DNA of 62,600 nucleotides, counting the filler, from Hausera hauseri (Eukaryota): assembly GCA_046269625.1 (NCBI GenBank). It is 11 parts of 11 records of this genome, joined end to end, with 100 filler letters (N's around TTAATTAATTAA, not from the genome) between each part and the next. Parts side by side here need not be neighbours in the genome. Positions count along the whole stretch, not along the records: positions 21,531 to 26,853 come from JBJURY010279729.1; positions 26,954 to 31,670 come from JBJURY010463356.1; positions 31,771 to 37,411 come from JBJURY010215522.1; positions 37,512 to 41,696 come from JBJURY010713881.1; 7 more parts are not named here. One strand, given 5' to 3'. Positions 25,907 to 38,319 of this stretch are shown one piece after another. Under the pieces are notes generated by a model. That model did not search any database. It had not been told where the DNA came from and saw only the letters and a program-made list of their open reading frames with translations. The translations under genes were made by a program, and so were the position numbers. How positions within the stretch are numbered: the first letter of the stretch is position 1; the number at the start of each line of letters is the position of its first letter.

Positions 25907-26853
25907 ACAAACGTATACAAATGTATTTGACAGTATATAGACAAATTAACAAATGTTCAGTATCCTACCTTATTTTTCCCACCGTGTAAATAAAATAAAT
26001 CGATAATTGTATAGTATCATCCTAACTTTCTAACACAAATATTTTCATTTCTGATCCCTATTGAATCACACTTCTGAGAATCACTGAAGCGAGGAAACGA
26101 TTCCGTGTGAGGGCAGTTAATTAATTCGCCCCATTCGAGATCACACGACAAGAAGGTAATCAATAGCCACAAGGATAGCCCCTCCACCAACACCGGGGCA
26201 AGGGGTGACGCATTGCGCGTTAATGTGCGTTACATTTCCGAATTACATGATCAATGATTTTAGTTTATTTCCCCCGACCGTCCTCTCACGGCCGTAACTG
26301 AAATTCCCATCACGTTTCTGTTATGATTTTGTTTCTATAAGGGCAGTCTGGCTCAGAAAATGAAGCTGTGTACTGTATGTTGTTCTCAAACACTTTGGTT
26401 GTAGCTCCCTGTCAGTAAATCTGAAACATATTTTTATAGTCACACTTCTCTCATAAGTAAGTGTGGATTTAAAATAAAAAACCTCCCAACATAACCTGTT
26501 ACTCCTCAAATGAGATATATTAATTATACTTGCCCCTTCAACTATCAAAGGCAAGGAGGATGGGCCGGAGAAATGGCCTCTAATAACCTACACTTGCATA
26601 TTTATCTACTTCATTAACTCGGATACGGCAGACAGCAAAGCTCTGAATAATCTGAGAAGCTGTGAGGTGCATCAGTTTCTCCTTATATGATTCATGCAAT
26701 ATTGAGTAAAAAAAGACATTATTTTTGACATATCCTAATATTATCCAGAAGATTCAGTTTCCAATACCAGTGTGAGAGAATTTAATATAAATGGATCTGA
26801 AACGGATTATTTAGACTTAAATGATACTTTACTATGTGTAAAAATCAAAGTGA

Positions 26854-26953
26854 NNNNNNNNNNNNNNNNNNNNNNNNNNNNNNNNNNNNNNNNNNNNTTA
26901 ATTAATTAANNNNNNNNNNNNNNNNNNNNNNNNNNNNNNNNNNNNNNNNNNNN
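26854..26953. other. Artificial contig linker
   Basis: 44 N + TTAATTAATTAA + 44 N. Confidence 0.97.
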
Positions 26954-29900
26954 TGTGCAGGACACGGTACGAGGAATTTTACAATTTCCATAAACAGCAC
27001 TTGATTTCCTTCGTTAAGTCGAAAAAACAAATATTCAGTAACAGTATGCCAATATCGTCTTTTGTGTCAAAGGAAAACCAAATGTGCAGTTCATATATGT
27101 ATTGCACATGTAAAATACATAACCCCGAGAATTGCCACAATAACATGAGGGGCTATTATGGTCACAAATTTAATAGGATCTTCTATTATATTTTCCCAGG
27201 ATGTGAGACTGTATGTGATGGAGAATACATACAGTTCTATGAAGATCACAAGCATCATTTGAGTAACGTCTCATCAAAGTCCAAGAAGATCATATTTAAT
27301 GAGCATAGGCCAGTTGCACTGTCCGCAGTACAGCCTGCATACGTCGAAATTCAGAATTAAAACGCCAATCAGGCCCATCAGGTCCATCAGATGCCTCAGG
27401 CGTAGGGGCTCCGTCAAAAAGCCATAGGCAGCAGACAGTTGATGCTGCTGCATTAAAGAAAAAAGTCCGCTAATCTGTCATTGATGCAGCTGGGCAAACA
27501 TCCATCAAGGATTTTCTGAAATATGCAAAGTAAGAAAAAGAGCGGATCCTCTAGGACAATATGACTAAGCTCAAGGCCCTTAAAGTTAATATGAAAGTCG
27601 AGGCCACATACGCCAATGTCGATGCTGAAGAATCAAATAGGGCCTTCAAGACCAAAAATAAGCCCATATTGGAGAACACAAATATAGCTGAATGGCTACA
27701 TGAAGAGCATACGAAGCTGATCCGTAAAGCCGATGAGAGCCAGGATAAGAAGAGTGGATGGGCTCTGACAACCATCAAGAGACTGATTATATATGTACAC
27801 AGATAATCCCCCATGCTAGGTAGTTCATTTGTACAGCTTTCGGAATGGAATCGGCAGAAAAGTGCTTGCATTAATGTCCATAATAATGACAACAAGTGCT
27901 TTATGTATGCCATTATATGTAGAGTCGTACGGGATCAAAAACATGCAGCAGATGGAATTTGGCTACATAATGATCTTCAACATAACTACGACTTTCAGTG
28001 TATCACATTCCCTCCATCCCTAGATGAAATCAAGAAGTTCAGCCGCATCAACAACATGTCCATCAATATCTTTGGATTCGATGAGGAGGACAAATTCTAT
28101 CCCTTGCAAATATGTGATGCTGAAATGGAAGATCATAGGGATCTGCTCCTACTATATGATGGTGATAAGAAACATTATGTTTGGATCAGGAATTTTAAGC
28201 GTCTAGTCAGATCCCAAATAAAAAAGCATGAACACGAAATCTAAATATGAAAATATGTTTATTGCATTTCAGCGGTAAGTTAGCTGTGGAGAAGCTGAAT
28301 AAGAATAATATGTACTGTAACAGCCATTATTTCGTAAGGCCTGAATTTCCCAAAGAGGACTATATTGAATTTAAGGAATTCGAGAAGAAGATCAAGGTCC
28401 CAATTATCGTTTATTGCAACTTCGAGGACATTCTCAGGCCAGTTCACGCATGCAGTCCCAGTCCTCAATATAGCAGTACAACGGCATACTAATATCATGG
28501 ATTTTCATCGTATTTTATGTATGCCAAAGGATTGGGCAGTAAACCATATTTATTCAGGGGTCCAGATGCAGCAGCACATTTCATGAAGAGACTTGAAGAC
28601 ATGCCTCATAAGCACGAAAAGATGCTACAACATCATAAGGACGACATGAACATGTCTTGGATACAATAAGAAGAATGGTGCAAGGCAACATCATGCTACT
28701 CTGCGACAAGTCCTTCACCAAGGAAAATTGGAAAGTCAAGGATCACTGCCATTTTACAGGTGCGTATCGGGGTGCAGCATGTAACAACTGCAATCTTCGC
28801 TGCAAAACATGCAATTATGTGCCTGTAGTATTCCATTATCTCAGCGGCTATGACAGCCACTTCATACTCCAAGAATTAGGCAACATTGATGGCAATATAA
28901 ATGTGATCCCCAATAGTGAGGAGAAATATATCAATTTCACTAAGCATGTTGGTAAAATCCAACTTTGCTTCATCGATAGTTTCAGATTCATGTCGTCTTC
29001 ATTGGACAGTTTAGTGAAGAACCTGCCTGCAGAGAAATTCAGGGAAACGAAGAGATTCTTTCCGGATACCTTTGACCTGGTTTAAAGGAAAGCAGTGTTT
29101 CCCTATGACTATATAACATCATGGGAAACACTGAATGAGTCCTCTTACCGCCCAAGGATGGATTTTACAGCCAGTTGTCGGACAGAAATATCAATGATGA
29201 GGACTACCAACATGCTCAGAACGTCTGGCATGCATTCCAATACAGAACGTTAGGAGAATATAGCGATATATGTATATCTTCCAAACCGATCTGATGCTGC
29301 TGACAAATGTATTTGAAAGTTTCAGGGATGTCACAGTAAACAGTCATACTTTGGATCGGGTTCATTTCTTCACGGCTCCACGGATTAACTGGGCAACAAT
29401 GCTGCACTATACCGGTATCAGGCTTCAAGTCATTTAGGATTACAACCTGATCCTTATGATCGAAAGAGGCATTAGAAGGGGAACATGCCAAGCAATTCAC
29501 CGGTATAGCGAGACCAACAACAAGTATATGGCTCAATACGACTCAACAAAGGTGTCATCATATATATCCTACCTGGATGCTAACAGTTTGCATGGATGGG
29601 CAATGAGCGGCCCATTGCCATATGATAATTTCGAGTGGGTTGAGCACCCTGATGACATCCCTATCATGGACATGGACCCAGCTGGAGATACGGGCTACAT
29701 ACTGGAGGTGGATATGGAATATCCGGCTTCCATCCACACAAGGCATCAACAGCTGCCTTTCCTCCCTGAAAACAGGCCACCGCCCAATGGAAAGCAGTGA
29801 AAGCTGCTCTGTAATTTGGGTAATAGGGAGAGGTATGTAGTCCACTACATCAATCTCCAGCAGGCAGTTAAACTTGGACTCCGCATTACTAAGGTCCATA

Positions 29901-30766
29901 GAGCCCTACAGTTCAGCCAGTCCATATGGCTGCAGTCCTACATTGATTTAAATACCAAGCTGCGGACAAATGCCAAGAACGATTTCGAGAAAGATTAATT
30001 TAAGATGTATAATTACAGCGTTTTTGGCAAGACGATGGAGAATATCCGCAATAAGATCAACATCGAGATAGTATGTGACTCGAAGCGGGCAAAGAAGCTT
30101 ATTACCAAGCCTAACTTCCACAGCAGCACCATATATGAGGAGAACTTGGTAGGCATCCATGTGATGAAAACGGCATTTGTATTCAACAAACCGATATATG
30201 TGGGTATGGCAATACTGGACCTATCAAAAACCCTAATGTACCACTTCCATTAAGATTCAATGGTACCAACATTCAAATTCATATAGCAGATGTATATGGA
30301 TACTGATAGTTTTATCTATCATATCCATACTGAGGACATGTATAAAGATTTTGCCTAATTGGCTCAGCACATAGATACCTTAGATTATTCTAAGGATCAT
30401 CCAAATTATTCAACCACCAACAAGAAAGTCCTCGGGAAATTCAAAGACGAGGTGAATGGGAAGATCGTCACCCGTTTCGTGCCATTGCGATCAAAAATGT
30501 ATGCTCTGGACGTATGTGGCCAAATCAAAAAGAGAGCAAAGGGCATTTAAAGAATTACACTGGCCAGCAAGATCCGTTTTGCGGACTAAGTGAGAGTTCT
30601 GCAGGAACAGACTCACATAATATCGAAAATGCGAAGGATCCAATCTAGAGACTATAACATCCACACAGCAGAACTGCACAAGAAGAACCTAGATTGGATG
30701 GACTACAAACTGCAGATCCTGAGCGATGGAGTCCACACACTACCTCATGGACTTGTGGCACTGTAA
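26954..30766 (+). pseudogene. Maverick/Polinton pPolB, near full length, decayed
   Basis: N-terminal Cys/His repeat; KVKDHCHFTGAYRGAACNNCN; HYLSGYDSH; YLDANSLHGWAM; KMYNYSVFGKTMEN; YMDTDS; KKVLGKFKDE; terminal TLPHG. Confidence 0.95.
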
Positions 30767-30999
30767 ATATGTACATATTGTTAGTCTTTGTTATTTTTGC
30801 TTGTAATAAATCTTGTATAAAAATATCGTGTTGTCTTATTGATCAAGTAACGTGGATATAGGATAAGGCCAAGTAAATCTAAGTAACTACTATATAGGTT
30901 AAGACCAAGTAAAGATCAATAAAATCAATAAAATTGAAATTTGAATAAAAAGTCAATACAGTGCGACATTTACTTGCATTAATCTTTCATTATTTCAAA

Positions 31000-31275
31000 A
31001 TGCTAAAAACTTGCCCGATTTGTTGGAAGCAAATGCCGGGTAAAACAATGCGAATGGCGACATGTGATGCACATACCTTCTGTATAAGATGTATGCAGAA
31101 ATGGTTAAGCAGCAAAATGTCATGCCAGCTATGCAGAACAAAGTGCGAGTATGTGGTAGTCCAGGATGCTAAAGACCACTGCCTGTATGTAAAATGGGTA
31201 GGGCTCCTGATAAAACCCATACATGAATTCTTACCTGACAGTGACAGTGACAGTGATAGTACGATTATTATGTGA
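31000..31275 (+). CDS. Small C3HC4 RING-finger protein (putative E3 ubiquitin ligase) with acidic DS tail
   Basis: CPIC...CDAHTFCIRC..W...CQLCR; intact 91-aa ORF from the ATG at 31000. Confidence 0.8.
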   Translation: MLKTCPICWKQMPGKTMRMATCDAHTFCIRCMQKWLSSKMSCQLCRTKCEYVVVQDAKDHCLYVKWVGLLIKPIHEFLPDSDSDSDSTIIM

Positions 31276-31347
31276 ATGTTATTCAATACATGTTTTTTCA
31301 TTATATGCCTTATGCATTATAAAAACCAACTAGTTTTCATAACACAT

Positions 31348-31670
31348 TTATTTCATAACAATATAATTTTGACATAACGCTAAACACTTTTCATAAGCGC
31401 AGTGTGAACCATGTTCACGATAAATACATGTAATGTTCTTTTGTATAGCCTACAATTTACCACATTCATATGTACGTATTCGCAATTCTGGAATTATGAT
31501 ATTAAATATTATCTTCTTTCGTCCATCAGCATGATTTTTGACATTGAACATGGATTAATTTATATCACATATATTCCCAATATCTCGCATAAGGCAGTCT
31601 CTGCAAAACTAGGTACTATATTCCTCCCAAGTCAGTTTCCGATGATGTTTTGTCAAATAAGCATTTGTTG
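31348..31670 (-). pseudogene. C-terminal part of a Maverick DEDD-like nuclease/Zn protein
   Basis: TNAYLTKHHRKLTW...CIYREHGSHCAYEKC; homologous to 37651-38168. Confidence 0.65.
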
Positions 31671-31770
31671 NNNNNNNNNNNNNNNNNNNNNNNNNNNNNN
31701 NNNNNNNNNNNNNNTTAATTAATTAANNNNNNNNNNNNNNNNNNNNNNNNNNNNNNNNNNNNNNNNNNNN
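31671..31770. other. Artificial contig linker
   Basis: 44 N + TTAATTAATTAA + 44 N. Confidence 0.97.
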
Positions 31771-31822
31771 GTTAGGTTATTTTATCATACGGATCAATGG
31801 ATGTTTCCAATTCCCTTAGTTC

Positions 31823-33130
31823 TCAATCTGTAGTTTTATGGCACTTAGAATAACAATGTTTAGCAACTAATTGAATAATCGCAATTAACATAATGAGAAC
31901 AAACGTTGATAGTTTGACTATCGATACTATCGGTATAGTGGTTAATCCCATTGGGGCTTGTGTGATGATTGGAGTTGTGACTTCGTCGTCTGTGTTTTCG
32001 TATACATGCGATTCTTCACGAATTTCGTTTAAAGTACGCAATGTAAGTGTTTGGTTTTGTCTATCTTCTGCATATACTTGTATTATATAATCGGATTGGG
32101 GTTTTAACAATTAGCCTTCCGTCTGATAAGTGTTTTTAAGTAATATTACAATTTGGTTATTATACGTTGTTCGGCAGCTTATATGTATGTCGTATTTGAG
32201 CTTTTCTTCTACGAAGAACACAATTTAAATCGATGCGCCCAATATTTAATAGGTGCACTTTCTTATTCTCTTTTAGGCACACTGCTTGATGTAATTGGTT
32301 TGGTAATGGTACTGACTCGGGTAGTCGGCTTTTTGGTTGTTGTTTCTATTGAAATCTTCCATGTTATATTCTTTGGGTAATAAGTTAGCAAATGTTTGTT
32401 TGGATTATTCGGTCGCACTTCATATAAATCAAATTTTATTTTGAATTCTTGGTTTATTTTCGGAGTTTTCCGTTTATTTCTTCAAAAACAATACTGATTT
32501 CTTGATTAAAAGTTAATTCCGTTCGAGCATCTACTTGGATACATCGTCCATCTTTGTTTATTGAGATTCCTTTAAAATTCTCTTCTAATCACCTTACGTT
32601 TTGGTCGGTGGATTGAATTATTTCGTTGGGCTTTACTTCAAATCGTTTGATCCAAGCAGGAATATCCAACTGAAGTGGTGGATTTACTTCAATATAGACT
32701 TCTGCTGAGTCTGGTAAGTACAGGCGATAAGTAAGGTTGTGAGTATATCCAAAGTCTATATCGCAGCACTGGGTATAATCTCCGGGTTCAAAAACACACT
32801 TTTTTGCATTCTTCACTGCTGTGTCGTATAGGACAATTTGAAATCACTCGAAATCGTGATGTGGTCTCCGAGTCTTAAGTGCGACGCACATGGCGTCTGG
32901 CGAAAAGTAATGAACTGTCATTAACTGTAACAATCTAGTGTCTTGTTGTTTTGGATCTCTTTGTCTGTTGTTTCCCCTCCGCTATGGTATTTTTCGCCTT
33001 TAATCCTCTTTTCAGTATTCCGTATATGTCTCCTAGTGTAGATTCATCGTCCCACAATTGAGCTTGTATTCTCAGAATAGGAGAATCCATTAATGTTAGT
33101 GCTAAAACTATACGAACGTATGATATCGGT
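31823..33130 (-). pseudogene. Extra retroelement ORF: signal peptide - Cys-containing ectodomain - Thr-rich - FN3-like - transmembrane, in frame with integrase
   Basis: ORF 32935-33303 runs from the integrase tail (..RYNLR) directly into YVRIVLALTLMDSPILRIQA; LKPQSDYIIQVYAE; TM LSTFVLIMLIAIIQLVA. Confidence 0.65.
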
Positions 33131-33149
33131 CTAGTAATTATTGAAGAAG

Positions 33150-36100
33150 TTTTTATCTCGCGTTGGCGTAAATTATAACGTTTATTGGGCCGTATCTTCG
33201 TCTTAACAACTCTTTGTACAGACACGACTTCTTCCTTTCCATTCTTGTTAATATACACCGTAGTTGGCGTAAATCTGTTAACTCCGTACGGTTTTCTGCC
33301 CATACCGGTTAGTTTTAACGACTTACCTTTCTTGGCTACCGGATAATGTACATAAACCCAATCTCTGGTTCCAAATCGTGTGGCCTTGCCTTTTTATCGT
33401 ATTGCTTTTTAAACTGTTCTTAATATTCTTTTGATAACTCTATAGCGATTTCCCAACACTTTTGTAGTCGCGTCTGTAATACTTCTGCGAAGTTTTGTTC
33501 CAAATCTTAGGGATTACCGTGTATGGCGTCATACCTAAATTTGTGGGTAATACAGCTTTTCGTCCATACATTATGAAGAAAAGCTTAAATCGTGTTGCCG
33601 GATATGGTGTGGTATTGATTGCAAACTGGGTTCCTTCTAAAAATTTGTCCCAATCTTTTTGGTCCTTAGCTACTACTGTTGATAGTATGCGTATTACAGT
33701 TGCATTCATTTGTTCAACCATTCCATTACATTGGGTATGGTATGCGGTGGTAGTTAACCGCTCAATCTCAAACATTTTAGTAATCTTCCCAAACATTTCG
33801 GTAGTAAAATTTCTTTCTCGGTTTGTCAATATTTGATCTGGAGGTCCATATCTACAAATGATTCTTCTTACTACAGCCTCTGCTAGGGTTTTTGCCTTTT
33901 GGTCAGTCAAAGCTACTAATTCGATAAAATGAGTTAGCCGATCTATACAAGTCAAGATATACGTATTATTTCTGAGACGTAGGTAACGGTCCCACAATGT
34001 CCATTGACATGGCTTGCATAGCCTATCTGGTACGGCAATTGGTTTTAGCTCTACCATGTAGTTCTTGTTCTTTTATGTTTAGTTGCGCATACGTCACAAG
34101 CATTTACCCAATTGTTTACATTAATGTAAATACTGGGCCAAAATTATTTATTCAGTATTCTTTCCAGCGTCTTCTTCTACGACATGTGAACTGCTAAATC
34201 GGGATCGTGTTCTGCCATTAGAACCTCGGTGCGTAACCCTTTTGGGATGATTATCAGTTTTATTCCGTTTCGTTCGTAATACAAAATATCTTTACTGCTT
34301 TTGTCATACAGGACGCAGTATTTGTGTCCGTGCCTGTCTAAATGTTTCCTTAGTTGTCGTCCTCTTGGTACGACGTTCTTTTTTGTAAATTCTATAATCT
34401 GCTGAATAATTTTATCCTTTCTTTGTTCGGTTGAAATTTTAATCGCTTTATCCATCGTTAAGACGCGTTGACGATCTTTTATTTCTTCAAGCTGACTTTT
34501 TTTTAGTACAGTAATTGCACTTGTTTTGGTGTTTAATCTTGATATTGCATCGACATCTTCATGTTTGTTTCCTAGTTTATACTGAAATTCAATATTATAC
34601 CTGGAAATTTCTTCAATCCATCTGTTAAGTATACATGTCGGATTGTTTGCTCATCCTTTTAGGGTCGTGACGGCTTTGCGATCAGTAACAATTATGATTT
34701 CCTGTCCTTACACGTAAAAATTAAAATGTCGCAGCGCTTCTTTAACGGCTATAGTTTCTAATTCGGTGACGGAATAATTTTTTTCGGCCTTCAAGGAACG
34801 TCCTCCATAAGGAATTAGGTGTTATAATATTTCATTTTCTCTTTCTTGTGCTAATTCATACCCAATGCCTTCTTTAATGGCATCTGTCTTGATTATAAAG
34901 AGTAAGTTAAAGTCCGGGTATCGTAAAACGGGTTCGCTTGTTAGTATCTTCTTTATTTCGTCGTAATCTTTCTGTTCAACATCGGTCCATTTCCATTTAA
35001 TTCCTTTTTTAAGTAGACGATTTAAGGGTGCATTTATTTTCGAGTTGTCGGGCACATAAGTGGCATAATATCCCAAGAGACCTAGCCAATGTCTTAACTC
35101 TTTTTGATTTTGTGGCTCCATGCAATCTGATATTTTGTTCAACAATGATTTATCTTGTTTTGATCCTCCTTCTCCAACTATATGGCCAAGGTAGGACACT
35201 GCGTTTTGAACCCATTTACATTTCTTCGGATTTAATTTCAATCCGGCCTGTTGCAGTCGCATCAACGTGTGTTCAATATCTTTTAAGTGTTCATCTTCTA
35301 TCCTTGACGCTATCATTACGTCATCTAAGTATGCAAAAGCATAGTCTTCTCCTATTAACATTTTATTCATCATCCTTGTAAAGCTGGCTGATCCGGTAGT
35401 AATACCCAATGGCGTTACATTAAATTCATAGACGCCATCATGTGTCTTGAACGCTGTTTTATGTCGATCTTCGTCCTCGATTTCTATTTTCCAATATCCG
35501 GATTGTAAATCCAGAGTGGTAAACCATTTTGCTCCTGAGTTTGTCTAGAGTCTCTTTTACTGATGGCAATAGAAAAGAATCTTTTATCATAAGTTTATTT
35601 AATACTCTGTAGTCAATACATAATCGGTGTTTTGTAGTACCTTTCTTTTTGACCATAAGGATTGGTGAATACAAAGATCTATAGCTGGGCCTGATTATGT
35701 CGGCCTCAAGCATCCGTTCGACCTCGTTTGTTATCTCGAGTCTCAGTGAATTAGGTGGGGGATACCATTTCGGCATCTTCTGGTCTTCAAGATCTATTTC
35801 TTCATTTGAACAAGGCTTTTTCTTAAGCGTGATAGTCAGTTTTAATGCTTTTGCTCTGCCGATATCTTCGTCGTCTTTAGCAATAATTGATTTATAGCGA
35901 CATAATAATTCATAGAATCGGCAGTAAGATTCGGGGGGAAACTTAGTTTCGACATGAGGTGGGAATTCGGCATACTTGTAAGACTTTTCAATAGTTATAA
36001 ACGACACTAAGTATTTCCTAAAGTAGTATAAGCATAAAGCTTGATGGGAGGAGGTGCATTATTTGCTATTCTAATTGGTACACGACCGGAGTGTACTCGT

Positions 36101-36600
36101 GTTAATATGTTACTAAGTATTATATTTGGATTTAATATCTCCTTTAGTTTGAAATATACCAGTTGATCGTCATCTTGTTGAATTTGCGCGTAAATTATTA
36201 TCTCTCTTCTCGGCGGAATATTTTCATCTACTGGTGTCCACACTTCTCCAAATTTCCTATCTTTAGTGTTTCTAATGCCTTTATTTTTCCGATTTGCATT
36301 AATTTTCCTGTCTGCAAGTCAATTGCTATATTTAGTAGTCTTTTCAGTAGATCGCACCCTAAAACTACGTCGTCAGTTAATTGCTACATAACTACAAATT
36401 CATGACGGAAAAACTGTCCAACTATTTGAATTTCTGGGTTCCATTTCAACATCGGTTTCGACATTTGGCCAAAAGCTCCTGTACTTCCTGGATCCTTTGT
36501 AGATGGTGGGTATAATTGTCTTCTCAGCGTTTGAAGTATTGAATCATTTTTAATGTAAGACATCTCAGAATTTGTATCGACTAATGCATAAACTTCCCAG
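33150..36600 (-). mobile_element. Ty3/Gypsy pol: protease, RT, RNase H, integrase (decayed)
   Basis: VYALVDTNS...VVLGCDLL; RLCIDYRVLN; YEFNVTPLG; AYLDD; KTDA..GIG; IDRLTHF, QCNGMVEQMN. Confidence 0.95.
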
Positions 36601-36799
36601 ACTTAAGGATGATTTTGGCAAAGGGTTCTCCTTTTATTAGTGTTCAAAACAGTTTGATGCAACTTTTGTGCGTTTAGTCGTCGATATTTATGTCCGTTGA
36701 TTGGAATTTCCGGGCAGGATACTATATTTTCCGATAACAGTCTCAGCTCTCAGTTTGGATATAATTCAGTCTTTTCGATGGTCAATTCTTCTGTTTTAC

Positions 36800-37411
36800 G
36801 ATTACTAATTAATGGTTCTCAACTGTTAGTATGTGATTCTATATTCCGGAAGAATTTTACCTTAGATTTTCCCAGACAGGCGATCTATTCTCTAAATTCG
36901 GAGGTTCTTTCTGGGAATACAATATTCTGGGGTCATACATGGGCTGTCGATAACACATTTTACGTAGGATTCCATAACGTTTAGTTTCTTCGTAGGAGTA
37001 TTCTAAAATATTTGGTCATTTATAGATTTCTATTTGATATGAGCACATTGATCTTTTGTCACAGTCTTCAAAGACTGAGGCCGTAGGGGGTAGTATAGAC
37101 AGTGGTGCTTTAATGACCGAATACGTATTATGTCTGTCTGTTCTTGGAAAAACTTCACCTCTATTAAACTCGTCATCATCTGAATTATTTCTTCGCGTAT
37201 TCGGTTTTGTGAATTTCCGCTTGTACAGAAACATGTTTTCTTTTTCGTTTACGATTATAGTAACCGACATGACGTTCTACATCTGATTTCCATTTGTTCT
37301 CTTCGTATGTTTTCAAAAACTTTCCAAAAAGCGTTATAATTGCAGTTAATATTTTGCACGAAAATCCGGTCAATGTAAGTATTTTATAGCGACTTATTAC
37401 TGCTTGAATGA
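36800..37411 (-). pseudogene. C-terminal part of a chuvirus-like glycoprotein, homologous to ~25360-25870
   Basis: TLTGFSCKILTAIITLFGKFLKTYEENKWKSDVERHVGYYNRKRKRK matches TLTGFSCKILTAIITPFGKLLKAYEEN..KSDVERHVGYYNRQRKRK. Confidence 0.85.
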
Positions 37412-37511
37412 NNNNNNNNNNNNNNNNNNNNNNNNNNNNNNNNNNNNNNNNNNNNTTAATTAATTAANNNNNNNNNNNNNNNNNNNNNNNNNNNNNNNNN
37501 NNNNNNNNNNN
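37412..37511. other. Artificial contig linker
   Basis: 44 N + TTAATTAATTAA + 44 N. Confidence 0.97.
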
Positions 37512-37601
37512 GTCACATACAATGATATTATGCATCAGAATCCATTGACATTTCTATGTGGGAATTATTGTGTGGACTGGCTTAGACGTCAATGTACATA
37601 A
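37512..37601 (+). CDS. C-terminus of a Maverick adenain-like cysteine protease (partial)
   Basis: VTYNDIMHQNPLTFLCGNYCVDWL matches YN....Q......CG.YC around the catalytic Cys. Confidence 0.65.
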   Translation, partial: VTYNDIMHQNPLTFLCGNYCVDWLRRQCT

Positions 37602-37650
37602 AATTGTTATAAACGTTGTTATTGTTGTGTTAATAAATGTTATTATTGAA

Positions 37651-38168
37651 ATAATATCTGTCTTCTTTATTGACTTGGAGGGATTTGTGGATAATAATAG
37701 CGGATACATCATAAAGAAGCTATGTATAATGTCAGTGGATAATATGTTTCATCCACCACACTATGTATTTGTGTAAGTGAATTTTAGTACATGCAATATA
37801 TGTGCTATTTTTATGCCTTCAATACATTGTTGTACAAACAAGGCTCAAGCAACAAATGCTTATTTGATACACCATCATCACAAACTGACTTTGGAGGAAT
37901 ATAATACCCTGTTTTGTAAAGATTGCCTTGTGCGAGATATTGGAAATATATGTTATATAAATGAATCCATATTCTATGTCAGAGATCACGCTGATGGACG
38001 GAAGAAGAAGTTATTTAATAGCACATTTTCAGAATTGCGAATATGTGCATATGAATGTAACAAAGTGGTAACCATTCCAAAGAAATATGTATTTATCGTG
38101 AACGTGGTTCACACTGTGCTTATAAAAAGTTTTTAGCGTTATGTCAAAGTTATACTGTGACTAAATAA
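37651..38168 (+). pseudogene. Maverick DEDD-like nuclease/Zn protein
   Basis: FIDLEGF..YIIKKLCI; TNAYLIHHHHKL; CIYRERGSHCAYKK; stop and frameshift. Confidence 0.7.
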
Positions 38169-38319
38169 ATGTGTTATAAAATTAGTTGTTGTTATTCTAT
38201 ATAGTAGTTACTTAGTTTTTCTTGGCCTTATCCTATATCCTACATTACTTTATCAAGAAGGCAACACGATATTTCTATACAACATTTATTAAACAGTGAA
38301 GAACGCTGAGTAACAATAT

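Noticed and set aside
26954-30766. Alternative genetic code (TAA/TAG = Gln) explaining the in-frame stops
   Set aside because: Stops align to Gln, Glu, Tyr, Lys and Arg in sister copies and co-occur with frameshifts, which is ordinary decay.
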